64,000 nt of DNA, from NCBI GenBank assembly GCA_964016885.1, contig CAXHJY010000422.1:1-64000 (forward strand). Direction: 5' to 3'. The position numbers and the translations under genes were made by a program. Positions 1-13,100 of this stretch are shown piece by piece. The notes under the pieces were generated by a model. It made no database searches, had not been told where the DNA came from, and worked only from the letters and a program-made list of their open reading frames with translations. Source of the stretch: Eledone cirrhosa (taxonomy: Eukaryota). Numbering within the stretch: the stretch's first letter is position 1; each line of letters opens with the position of its first letter.

Positions 1-843
1 GCTCCCCTCCCCTCATACAATGACACCTCCCTCTAGCTATCCTGTCACACTCCTCATGCTGCTCCCCTCCCCTCATACAATGACGCCCTCCCTATAGCTA
101 TCCTTGCACACTCCTCAGTGCTGCTCCCCTCCCCTCATACAATGGACACCTCCCTATAGCTATCCTGTCACACTCCTCATGCTGCTCCCCTCCCCTCATA
201 CAATGACACCTCCCTCTAGCTATCCTGTCACACTCCTCATGCTGCTCCCCTCCCCTCATACAATGACACCTCCCTATAGCTATCCTGTCACACTCCTCAT
301 GCTGCTCCCCTCCCCTCATACAATGACACCTCCCTATAGCTATCCTGTCACACTCCTCATGCTGCTCCCCTCCCCTCATACAATGACACCTCCCTATAGC
401 TATCCTGTCACACTCCTCATGCTGCTCCCCTCTCCCTCATACAATGACACCTCCCTATAGCTATCCTGTCACACTCCTCATGCTGCTCCCTCCCCCCTCC
501 CCCCTCATTACAATGACACCTCCCTATAGCTATCCTGTCACACTCCTCATGCTGCTCCCTCCCCTCATACAATGACACCTCCCTCTAGCTATCCTGTCAC
601 ACTCCTCATGCTGCTCCCCTCCCCTCATACAATGACACCTCCCTCTAGCTATCCTGTCACACTCCTCATGCTGCTCCCCTCCCCTCATACAATGACACCT
701 CCCTATAGCTATCCTGTCACACTCCTCATGCTGCTCCCCTCCCCTCATACAATGACACCTCCCTATAGCTATCCTGTCACACTCCTCATGCTGCTCCCTC
801 CCCTCATACAATGACACCTCCCTATAGCTATCCTGTCACACTC
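1..843. repeat. 60-bp minisatellite (about 14 copies, runs off window start)
   Basis: Unit gctcccctcccctcatacaatgacacctccctatagctatcctgtcacactcctcatgct repeats in register with the 60-nt lines. Confidence 0.95.
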
Positions 844-971
844 AAAGCTACTAAGTTACTCATGGCCTGGGCAAAACCTACAAAAGTTATATATAGATAA
901 AGTGGTTGTTATGGGGACATGACAAAAAGTACCAGTCCACACTGTACAGTGGTCATGTAGTTGTCACAACC

Positions 972-2684
972 TGGGATATTGTTAGCCCTGTGGACCTACT
1001 TGGGATATCATTAGCCTGTGGACCTACTTGGGATATCGTTAGCCCTGTGGACCTACTTGGGATATCGTTAGCCCTGTGGAGCTACTGGGATATCGTTGGC
1101 CCTGTGGACCAACTTGGGATATCGTTAGCCCTGTGGACCTACTTGGGATATCGTTGGCCCTGTGGACCTACTTGGGATATTGTTAGCCCTGTGGACCTAC
1201 TTGGGATATCATTAGCCCTGTGGACCTACTTGGGATATCGTTGGCCCTGTGGACCTACTTGGGATATCATTAGCCCTGTGGACCAACTTGGGATATCGTT
1301 AGCCCTGTGGACCAACTTGGGATATCGTTAGCCCTGTGGACCTACTTGGGATATCGTTGGCCCTGTGGACCTACTTGGGAATATCATTAGCCCTGTGGAC
1401 CAACTTGGGATATCGTTAGCCCTGTGGACCTACTTGGGATATCGTTGGCCCTGTGGACCTACTTGGGATATCATTAGCCCTGTGGACCTACTTGGGATAT
1501 CGTTGGCCCTGTGGACCTACTTGGGATATCGTTAGCCCTGTGGACCTACTTGGGATATCGTTAGCCCTGTGGACCTACTTGGGATATCATTAGCCCTGCG
1601 GACCAACTTGGGATATCGTTAGCCCTGTGGACCTACTTGGGATATCGTTGGCCCTGTGGACCTACTTGGGATATCATTAGCCCTGTGGACCTACTTGGGA
1701 TATCGTTGGCCCTGTGGACCTACTTGGGATATCGTTGGCCCTGTGGACCTACTTGGGATATCGTTAGCCCTGTGGACCTACTTGGGATATCATTAGCCCT
1801 GTGGACCAACTTGGGATATCGTTAGCCTGTGGACCTACTTGGGATATCGTTAGCCCTGTGGACCTACTTGGGATATCGTTAGCCCTGTGGACCAACTTGG
1901 GATATCGTTAGCCCTGTGGACCTACTTGGGATATCGTTAGCCCTGTGGACCAACTTGGGATATCATAGCCCTGTGGACCTACTTGGGATATCGTTAGCCC
2001 TGTGGACCTACTTGGGATATCGTTAGCCCTGTGGACCTACTTGGGATATCGTTAGCCCTGTGGACCAACTTGGGATATCATTAGCCCTGTGGACCTACTT
2101 GGGATATCGTTAGCCCTGTGGACCTACTTGGGATATCGTTAGCCCTGTGGACCAACTTGGGATATCGTTAGCCCTGTGGACCTACTTGGGATATCGTTAG
2201 CCCTGTGGACCTACTTGGGATATCATTAGCCCTGTGGACCAACTTTGGATATCGTTAGCCCTGTGGACCTACTTGGGATATCGTTGGCCCTGTGGACCTA
2301 CTTGGGATATCATTAGCCCTGTGGACCTACTTGGGATATCGTTGGCCCTGTGGACCTACTTGGGATATCGTTAGCCCTGTGGACCTACTTGGGATATCGT
2401 TAGCCCTGTGGACCTACTTGGGATATCATTAGCCCTGTGGACCAACTTGGGATATCGTTAGCCCTGTGGACCTACTTGGGATATCGTTGGCCCTGTGGAC
2501 CTACTTGGGATATCATTAGCCCTGTGGACCTACTTGGGATATCGTTGGCCCTGTGGACCTACTTGGGATATCGTTGGCCCTGTGGACCTACTTGGGATAT
2601 CGTTAGCCCTGTGGACCTACTTGGGATATCATTAGCCCTGTGGACCAACTTGGGATATCGTTAGCCCTGTGGACCTACTTGGGA
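972..2684. repeat. 29-bp minisatellite (about 59 copies)
   Basis: Unit ttgggatatcgttagccctgtggacctac; gacctacttg recurs at 1021 and 1050. Confidence 0.95.
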
Positions 2685-2737
2685 AACAGAAAATGTTTTC
2701 ATCACAGGTTGAATAGGTTGGTCAACAACCAACATAA

Positions 2738-3098
<361 letters not shown>

Positions 3099-4796
3099 AC
3101 CACAGACGCTCTTTTCATTGTACGACAACTACAGGAGAAGTACCTAGCTAAAAGTAAACCCCTATACTTAGCTTTCGTCGACTTGGAGAAGGCCTTCGAC
3201 AGAGTCCCCCGTTCCATTATCTGGTGGGCTCTTAGAAAACTAGGTGTTGATGAATGGCTTGTGAGAGCTATACAAGCCATGTTTAAAGAAACAGTCAGCA
3301 AGGTTAGAATTAACAACGAATATAGTGAAGAGTTTAGTGTAAAAGTTGGTGTTCATCAGGGCTCTGTTCTTAGCCCCCTACTATTTATTATTGCCCTCCA
3401 GGCTATAACAGTGGAGTTCAAGACCGGCTGCCCATGGGATCTCCTATACGCAGATGATCTAACGCTCATAGCTGAATCAATGGCCGAGCTAGAGAAGAAA
3501 TTCCAAACATGGAAGCACGGCCTAGAATCAAAAGGCCTTAAAATTAACCTAGCTAAGACTAAAGTTCTAGTTTGTAAGAAAGAAAATAAGGCGGCGGTCC
3601 CCTCCGGGAAGTGGCCATGCGCAGAGTGTAGGAAAGGCGTAGGTAGAAATTCCATTTTGTGTCCCAAATGCAAAGTTTGGGTGCATAAAAGATGTAGTGG
3701 GATCACAGGTAAGCTAACTAAGAACATAGATTTTACATGTGGCCGGTGTTCTGGGGAACTAAGTAGCAGCAAGTGCCCACAAAATACTAGCTCTTTCAAC
3801 TGCGCAGAGGGTTCTATAGAAATAGTGGACAGCTTCCGTTACCTGGGTGACAAAATCAGCAGTGGGGGAGGGTGCTCTGAAAGTACAGTAGTTAGAGTCA
3901 GAACTGGGTGGAAAAAGTTCAGAGAGCTTATACCACTATTAGCCGCTAAAGGGTTCTCCCTAAAAATGAAAGGCAGGCTGTACGATGCCCGCATACGAAC
4001 AGCAATGTTGCATGGCAGTGAGACCTGGGCATTGTGTGCAGAGGATATACGCAGACTAGAGAGAAACGAAGCTTGCATGCTCCGCTGGATGTGTAATAGT
4101 AATATACGTGAACGACAAAGCATAAACGAACTAAGGAAAAAATTAGAAATAAGAGGGATCAGATGTTATTTACTAGAGAGAAGGCTACGTTGGTATGGTC
4201 ACGTGATGCGCATGAAGGACGATAACTGTATAACAAAGTGCAGGGCAATAAAGATAGACGGTAGCCACGGAATAGGCAGACCCAGAAAAACCTGGGACGA
4301 GCTGATAAACTCCGACCTCACACACTTACACCTCACCAAGACAATGTCACTGGACCGAGACCTTTGGCGGTACTCAGTAATAGAGAAGACTCGCCTTACC
4401 TAAATACAAAGTAAAACCTACTACAGTCAGTAGGCATCTCTAACAAAATACACCCCCGTCCCACCACCCCCACCCCATCCACACCGCCCCCTTCTATGTA
4501 AAGTTATGTTGGTGCCACACCATCCAGGCCGAAACAAATGAGATCGTGTAGGTGTCACGACAAAAAAACACACAGTCCACGCTGTAATGTGGCCGTGTAG
4601 GCAACACGGTAAAAACCTCCCAGACCCACACTGTAAATGTGGTTGGTGTTAGGAAGGGCATCCAACTGTAGAAAACCTGCCAGACAGTCCTATGCGAGCA
4701 AGACAATCACTCTTGCCTCAAGTGGGAATACCCCCGTCCAAACCCATGCAAGCGTCGAACACGGACGTTAAACGTTGATGATGATGATGATGATGA

Positions 4797-4800
<4 letters not shown>
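3099..4800 (+). mobile_element. 5'-truncated RTE-clade non-LTR retrotransposon (RT with PHD finger, 3' UTR, (GAT)n tail)
   Basis: Open frame 3099-4403 with RT motifs [28 protein letters not shown] and RTE C-terminal [24 protein letters not shown]; tail tgatgatgat at 4776-4800. The ORF-track start at 2799 is microsatellite read-through. Confidence 0.93.
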
Positions 4801-4852
<52 letters not shown>

Positions 4853-4854
4853 AC

Positions 4855-4952
<98 letters not shown>

Positions 4953-5003
4953 ATATTTCTATCTCTCTCTCTATATATATATATACAAGTATATATTTCT
5001 CTG

Positions 5004-5050
<47 letters not shown>
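4800..5050. repeat. Compound (TA)n/(CT)n microsatellite
   Basis: Direct reading; same spacers as 2738-3098. Confidence 0.9.
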
Positions 5051-5054
<4 letters not shown>

Positions 5055-5394
5055 AAATGGCGAGAAGAATACTGCTGGTTGCACATGGATAACATGTAAT
5101 AAAATAAGTCCCTCATCAGTGATTTGCCGACGATCATAGATATTTCATTGCATTAAAAATCATATACCTCACGTCGGTGCAATAATAACTAAATTAAGTT
5201 ATTAGGACAATTAAAACGCGTAAAGCGAGTGAAACAAGATAACAACAAAGAGGAGAGCTAACGGTAGAAGGAAGGGAACAAGCTTCATAGTTATTCTGTT
5301 AGCATAAGCTAGGTGAATATATGAGCGCTTATATATACATGTATATATTTCTATCTCTCTCTCTATATATATATATACATGTTATATATATACA

Positions 5395-5600
5395 AGGGTC
5401 AGAGTAAAGACCACCTTCAGTTACCAATGACCATGTGGTTTACACCTAGGAAGTTCTCCTGCGAGGCACAAGTCCTGGCAAGGTTGTTTGTGGAAGACCA
5501 GCAGTCACCTATACGTACCAGTCTCCCCTCTTCCCCACCACCAATGTTGTCCAAACAAAAGGTTATGGTTGATACGGCTTGGTACCAGTGACACCGCAAT
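5395..5600 (-). mobile_element. SINE 3' body fragment (same subfamily as the SINE hosting the 45-bp satellite)
   Basis: 5544-5600 (atgttgtccaa...gcttggtaccagtga...caat) aligns with 10117-10173. Confidence 0.55.
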
Positions 5601-6545
5601 ATATTCTATATATACACTCTATACTCTATATATACACTATATATACACTCTATACTCTATATATACACTATATATACACTCGATACACTATATATACACT
5701 CTATACTCTATATATACACTCTATATACACTCTATACTCTATATATACACTATATATACACTCGATACACTATATATACACTATATACTCTATATATACA
5801 CTATATATACACTCGATACACTATATATACACTCTATATACACTCGATACACTATATATACACTCTATACTCTATATATACACTCTATACTCTATATATA
5901 CACTCTATACTCTATATATACACTCTATATACACTCGATACACTATATATACACTATATATACACTCTATACTCTATATATACACTATATATACACTCGA
6001 TACACTATATATACACTCTATACTCTATATATACACTCTATATACACTCTATACTCTATATATACACTCTATATACACTCGATACACTATATATACACTC
6101 TATACTCTATATATACACTCTATACTCTATATTCTATATATACATTCTATACTCTATATATACACTCTATAATCTATATATACACTCTATACTCTAGATA
6201 TACACTCTATACTTTATATATACACTTTATATTCTATATATACACTATATATACACTATATACTCTATATATACACTATATATACACTCTATACTCTATA
6301 TATACACTTTATATTCTATATATACACTATATATACACTCTATACTCTATATATACACTCTATACTCTATATATACACTATATACACTATATACTCTATA
6401 TATACACTCTATACTCTATATATACACTATATATACACTCTATATTCTATATATACACTCTATATTCTATATATACACTATATATACACTCTATACTCTA
6501 TATATACACTATATACTCTATATATATACTCTATATTCTATATAT
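5601..6545. repeat. Degenerate (TATATACAC/TATACTC)n simple repeat
   Basis: Direct reading; the same repeat resumes at 9975-10113 after the LINE. Confidence 0.9.
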
Positions 6546-9500
6546 ACATCAGGACACACAGCTTTGTGATATCTTCAGAGCTGCTGGCAGGAAACAGCCA
6601 CTTATGTGTTTATTGCAGGGGACTTCAAGCATCCTGAGATTGATTGGGAAACCCTTCGTTGGCCACCAGGTGCAAACGATTTCCTTGAGCTAGTGCTGGA
6701 CTCAAACTGGTCACAAGTAGTCACCTCTCCAACAAGAGGTGACAACACTTTGGACCTGCTCTTCACCACTACTCCTGAAGTGGTTATCAGTTGTTCTACT
6801 GAGGAACCTCTATGCGACTCTGATCATGCTATGATCATTGCCAATCTGGCTCTTGCGGGCAGCAACAAAAACCAGAACCATCTCCAATCTGTTTGCTTTG
6901 ATTGGAAGAAAGCAGATTGGAACTTGTACTGCACTGAGCTACAGCGCCCAAACTGGCATCAGTTTTATAACTCTGGAGATGTGAACACTATACTCTAGAG
7001 CATCCTGGACTCAATATGGATAGCGTGTGCAGCATCAGTGCCACGTAAGCAGAAAAAAAACCACCCCAAAAGTGCAATTTGGGAAACTTCAGCGGTCCGA
7101 CTTGCCAGGAAAGAACGTTGGAATGCTGAACGGGAATATAAACTGCATAAATCAGATGCCAACAGAAAAAAGCGGAATAAATCTTCCAACCATCTCAAGC
7201 AAGTGACAAAAAAGGCAGTGCTTGAATTTGAACAGTGCATAGCAACCAATCCTGACAGTAAGGTGTTCTGGAAATATGTTCATTCAAAGCAGAGACCTCA
7301 CTCTCCAGTTGGTCCTCTTCGCAATCCCCACACAAGCCAGATCACTGACGATCCCAAAGAATGTGCAGAACTCATTGCTGAGTGCTATGCAAGCATTTTT
7401 ACTGTTGAAAACCAGGATGTACCATCTCCACCATCTCTAACATCAAATTCCATAACAACTATGGAATTTATAATTGCAATGTTGCGACGTCACCTTAAGA
7501 ATAAGCGTAACTATGCCTCCCCTGGTCTTGATGGTGTTACATACCTGCTTCTCAAACGTGGTGGGTACTTCCTTTTGCACCAGCTTTCTTTCTTCTTTCA
7601 ATACTGTCTCAACAATGGTGCTACTCCGGAGCAGTAGAAAACTGTCAGTGTCATTCCCCTGTTCAAAAAGAGCGACCGCACGTCACCTGTCAACTATCGT
7701 CCAGTCAGTCTTACTAGCTGTATTGCAAAACTGATGGAATCCTGTGTCAGAGATACATTTTGGAACTTCTGGAGCTCTCACAGCATAATCCGGCCCTCGC
7801 AATTTGGATTTATCCCTAACTCCAGCTGCTGTGATCAGCTTATCGAGTTCCTTGAAGACATTACCCGGATCACTGACAGCGGCTCATGAGTGGATGTTGT
7901 TTACATGGGTAATTTCTGTGCCACACAAAAGACTTATGGTGAAACTCTCTGCAATGGGTGTGAAGGATGATCTTTTTAACTGGTTGAAGTCCTTCATTCT
8001 CAGTCGAAGAGAGGTAGTCACAGTTCTAGCATAGCATTTTTTTTACCATATGAGATGTCTTCTGGTGTACCACAGAGATCTGTTCTTGGTCCCCTTTTGT
8101 TTGTTGCATAGATTAATGACATAGATGCCAACTTACAGAATGCCACGGTACTGAAATATGCAGATGACATCAAGCTGTAGCTTGAAATCAAAAGGACAGA
8201 TCCTGAAATCTACAACTCTTTCCTACATTCAGACCTGGACACAATGCAGCAATGGATCACAGACTGGCAACTGAAGCTGGCTGTGGACAAGTGCACCACC
8301 ATGCCTTTCGGGAGGAAAAATCCAGCTTCTACTTACTCGCTCCACAACACTGATATCAATAAGTCCTCTTGTGAACGTGACCTGGGCATTACTGTCAGCA
8401 GCAATGTGCGTTGGACAAAGCATGTCTCTAAGATTGTCAAGAAGGCCGAGGGTGTCTTGGCATCACTCAGCAAGACCTTTGTTAGCCGCTCTCCAGCCAT
8501 CTATTTAAAGATGTATACAGCTATGGTTCGACCACACTTGGAATTCGCATCATCAGTCTGGAACCCCTATCTTGCTCAGAACATTGACCTCCTGGAAACT
8601 GTTCAGAGACGTGAAACCAAGCACATACCCTCCATCAGACACCTACCATACTCTGAACATCTTGCTTCCCTGGGCATGGATTCATTGAAGCTCCGATGTC
8701 TGGCAATGGACTTGGTAAACTCCCACAAAGTTATTAACCATCTCGCCAACAACAAACCTGAGCACCTTTTTGATCTCCATGTGTCTAACACACGTGGACA
8801 TGCCTACAAAGTCAGAAAACAGCACAGCTCCCATGACTTTCGTAAACATTGTTTCATGCTTAGAGTTGCTGAAGCATGGAACAAACTGCCTGCATCAGTT
8901 GTTAGCTGTCGAGACACTGCATCCTTTAAAACCTCCATGGAACAATCTACCAGCATCAGTTATTAGATGCCGAGACACTGCATCCTTTAAAACCTCCATG
9001 GAACAAACTACCAGCATCAGTTGTTAGCTGTCGAGACACTGTATCCTTTAAAACCTCCATGGAACAAACTACCAGCATCAGTTATTAGATGCCGAGACAC
9101 TGCATCCTTTAAAACCTCAATGGAACAAACTCCCTGCATCAGTTGTTAGCTGTCGAGACACTGCATCCTTTAAAACCTCCATGGAACAAACTACCAGCAT
9201 CAGTTGTTAGCAGTCGAGACACTGCATCCTTTAAAACCTCCATGGAACAAACTACCAGCATCAGTTATTAGATGCCGAGACACTGCATCCTTTAAAACCT
9301 CCATGGAACAAACTCCCTGCATCAGTTGTTAGCTGTCGAGACACTGCATCCTTTAAAACCTCCATGGAACAAACTACCAGCATCAGTTATTAGATGCCGA
9401 GACACTGCATCCTTTAAAACCCCCATGGAACACACTCCCTGCATCAGTTGTTAGCTGTCGAGACACTGCATCCTTTAAAACCTCCATGGAACAAACTACC

Positions 9501-9975
9501 AGCATCAGTTATTAGATGCCGAGACACTGCATCCATTAAAATGTCCATGGAACAAACTACCAGCATCAGTTGTTAGCTGTCGAGACACTGCATCCTTTAA
9601 AACCTCCATGGAACAAACTCCCTGCATCAGTTGTTAGCTGTCGAGAGACTGCATCCTTTAAAACCTCCAATGAACAAACTACCAGCATCAGTTATTAGAT
9701 GCCGAGACACTGCATCCTTTAAAACCCCCATGGAACACACTCCCTGCATCAGTTGTTAACTGTCAAGACACTGCATCCTTCAAAACCTCCATGCTTCCCA
9801 AAATTCGTCAATACTACACCTAATATTCCTCCTCCATACACATACACACATGTATATCATGACTCATGCACTGATCATTTTCCTGACGTTTGTACATTAC
9901 CCTATGTACTATACATACACTTTTGATGAGTTGAAGTTCACCTGAGCACTACACAATATTTTCATTATTATATTA
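6546..9975 (+). mobile_element. Degenerate 5'-truncated CR1-like LINE (partial APE endonuclease + RT), with stops and frameshifts
   Basis: EN motifs GDFKHP, PTRGDNTLDL, SDHAMI; SPGLDG; YADD codons at about 8157; CR1-type C-terminus TRGH...RVAEAWNKLP; (ATT)n tail at about 9964; paralogous to 54575-57805. Confidence 0.9.
8876..9793 (+). repeat. 61-bp tandem array (15 copies) amplified from the LINE ORF2 C-terminus
   Basis: atgg at 8876, 8937, 8998; LINE sequence resumes atgcttccc at 9791; single-copy counterpart at about 57586-57650. Confidence 0.93.
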
Positions 9976-10188
9976 TATACACTATATATATACTATATAT
10001 ATACACTATATATATACTATATATGCACTCTATACTCTATATATACACTATATATACACTACACTCTATATACACACTATATATACACTCTATACTCTAT
10101 ATATACACTCTATATGATGTTGTCCAAGGGAAAGGCAATGGCCAATACAGCTTGGCACCAGTGATGTCACAATTCTACAGCTGCGTAA

Positions 10189-13100
10189 ACTGGAGCAATG
10201 TGAAATGGAGTGTCTTGCTCAAGGACACAGTGGACTGGAGTAATGTGAAATAAAGTGTCTTGCTGAAGGACACAATGGACTGGAGCAACGTGAAATAAAG
10301 TGTCTTACTCAAGGACACAATGGACTGGAGCAACGTGTAATAAAGTGTCTTGCTGAAGGACACAATGGACTGGAGCAATGTGTAATAAAGTGTCTTGCTG
10401 AAGGACACAGTGGACTGGAGCAACGTGTAATAAAGTGTCTTGCTGAAGGACACAATGGACTGGAGCAACATGTAATAAAGTGTCTTGCTGAAGGACACAA
10501 TGGACTGGAGCAACATGTAATAAAGTGTCTTGCTGAAGGACACAGTGGACTGGAGCAACGTGTAATAAAGTGTCTTGCTCAAGGACACAATGGACTGGAG
10601 CAATGTGTAATAAAGTGTCTTGCTGAAGGACACAGTGGACTGGAGCAACGTGTAATAAAGTGTCTTGCTGAAGGACACAATGGACTGGAGCAACATGTAA
10701 TAAAGTGTCTTGCTGAAGGACACAGTGGACTGGAGCAACGTGTAATAAAGTGTCTTGCTCAAGGACACAATGGACTGGAGCAACGTGTAATAAAGTGTCT
10801 TGCTGAAGGACACAGTGGACTGGAGCAACGTGTAATAAAGTGTCTTGCTCAAGGACACAATGGACTGGAGCAACGTGAAGTAAAGTGTCTTGCTGAAGGA
10901 CACAGTGGACTGGAGCAACGTGTAATAAAGTGTCTTGCTGAAGGACACAGTGGACTGGAGCAACATGTAATAAAGTGTCTTGCTGAAGGACACAATGGAC
11001 TGGAGCAACGGGAAATAAAGTGTCTTGCTGAAGGACACAATGGACTGGAGCAACATGTAATAAAGTGTCTTGCTGAAGGACACAATGGACTGGAGCAACA
11101 TGTAATAAAGTGTCTTGCTGAAGGACACAGTGGACTGGAGCAACGTGTAATAAAGTGTCTTGCTGAAGGACACAATGGACTGGAGCAACATGTAATAAAG
11201 TGTCTTGCTGAAGGACACAGTGGACTGGAGCAACGTGTAATAAAGTGTCTTGCTCAAGGACACAATGGACTGGAGCAACATGTAATAGAGTGTCTTGCTG
11301 AAGGACACAATGGACTGGAGCAACATGTAATAAAGTGTCTTGCTAAAGGACACAATGGACTGGAGCAACATGTAATAAAGTGTCTTGCTGAAGGACACAA
11401 TGGACTGGAGCAACATGTAATAAAGTGTCTTGCTAAAGGACACAATGGACTGGAGCAACATGTAATAAAGTGTCTTGCTGAAGGACACAATGGACTGGAG
11501 CAACATGTAATAAAGTGTCTTGCTAAAGGACACAATGGACTGGAGCAACATGTAATAAAGTGTCTTGCTGAAGGACACAATGGACTGGAGCAACATGTAA
11601 TAAAGTGTCTTGCTGAAGGACACAATGGACTGGAGCAACATGTAATAAAGTGTCTTGCTCAAGGACACAATGGACTGGAGCAACGTGTAATAAAGTGTCT
11701 TGCTCAAGGACACAATGGACTGGAGCAACGTGTAATAAAGTGTCTTGCTCAAGGACACAATGGACTGGAGCAACATGTAATAAAGTGTCTTGCTAAAGGA
11801 CACAATGGACTGGAGCAACATGTAATAAAGTGTCTTGCTGAAGGACACAATGGACTGGAGCAACATGTAATAAAGTGTCTTGCTGAAGGACACAATGGAC
11901 TGGAGCAACATGTAATAAAGTGTCTTGCTAAAGGACACAGTGGACTGGAGCAACATGTAATAAAGTGTCTTGCTAAAGGACACAATGGACTGGAGCAACG
12001 TGTAATAAAGTGTCTTGCTCAAGGACACAATGGACTGGAGCAACGTGTAATAAAGTGTCTTGCTGAAGGACACAATGGACTGGAGCAACATGTAATAAAG
12101 TGTCTTGCTAAAGGACACAATGGACTGGAGCAACGTGTAATAGAGTGTCTTGCTGAAGGACACAGTGGACTGGAGCAACGTGAAATAAAGTGTCTTGCTC
12201 AAGGACACAATGGACTGGAGCAACGTGTAATAAAGTGTCTTGCTGAAGGACACAGTGGACTGGAGCAACGTGAAGTAAAGTGACTTGCTAAAGGACACAA
12301 TGGACTGGAGCAACATGTAATAAAGTGTCTTGCTGAAGGACACAGTGGACTGGAGCAACGTGTAATAAAGTGTCTTGCTGAAGGACACAATGGACTGGAG
12401 CAACATGTAATAAAGTGTCTTGCTAAAGGACACAATGGACTGGAGCAACGTGTAATAAAGTGTCTTGCTCAAGGACACAATGGACTGGAGCAACGTGTAA
12501 TAAAGTGTCTTGCTGAAGGACACAATGGACTGGAGCAACATGTAATAAAGTGTCTTGCTAAAGGACACAGTGGACTGGAGCAACATGTAATAAAGTGTCT
12601 TGCTAAAGGACACAATGGACTGGAGCAACGTGTAATAAAGTGTCTTGCTGAAGGACACAATGGACTGGAGCAACATGTAATAAAGTGTCTTGCTGAAGGA
12701 CACAATGGACTGGAGCAACATGTAATAAAGTGTCTTGCTAAAGGACACAATGGACTGGAGCAACATGTAATAAAGTGTCTTGCTGAAGGACACAATGGAC
12801 TGGAGCAACATGTAATAAAGTGTCTTGCTAAAGGACACAGTGGACTGGAGCAACATGTAATAAAGTGTCTTGCTAAAGGACACAATGGACTGGAGCAACG
12901 TGTAATAAAGTGTCTTGCTCAAGGACACAATGGACTGGAGCAACATGTAATAAAGTGTCTTGCTGAAGGACACAATGGACTGGAGCAACATGTAATAAAG
13001 TGTCTTGCTAAAGGACACAGTGGACTGGAGCAACATGTAATAAAGTGTCTTGCTAAAGGACACAATGGACTGGAGCAACGTGTAATAAAGTGTCTTGCTC

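Noticed and set aside
972-2684. CRISPR-like appearance of the 29-bp and 39-43-bp arrays
   Set aside because: Head-to-tail units with no unique spacers, no cas genes, eukaryotic context
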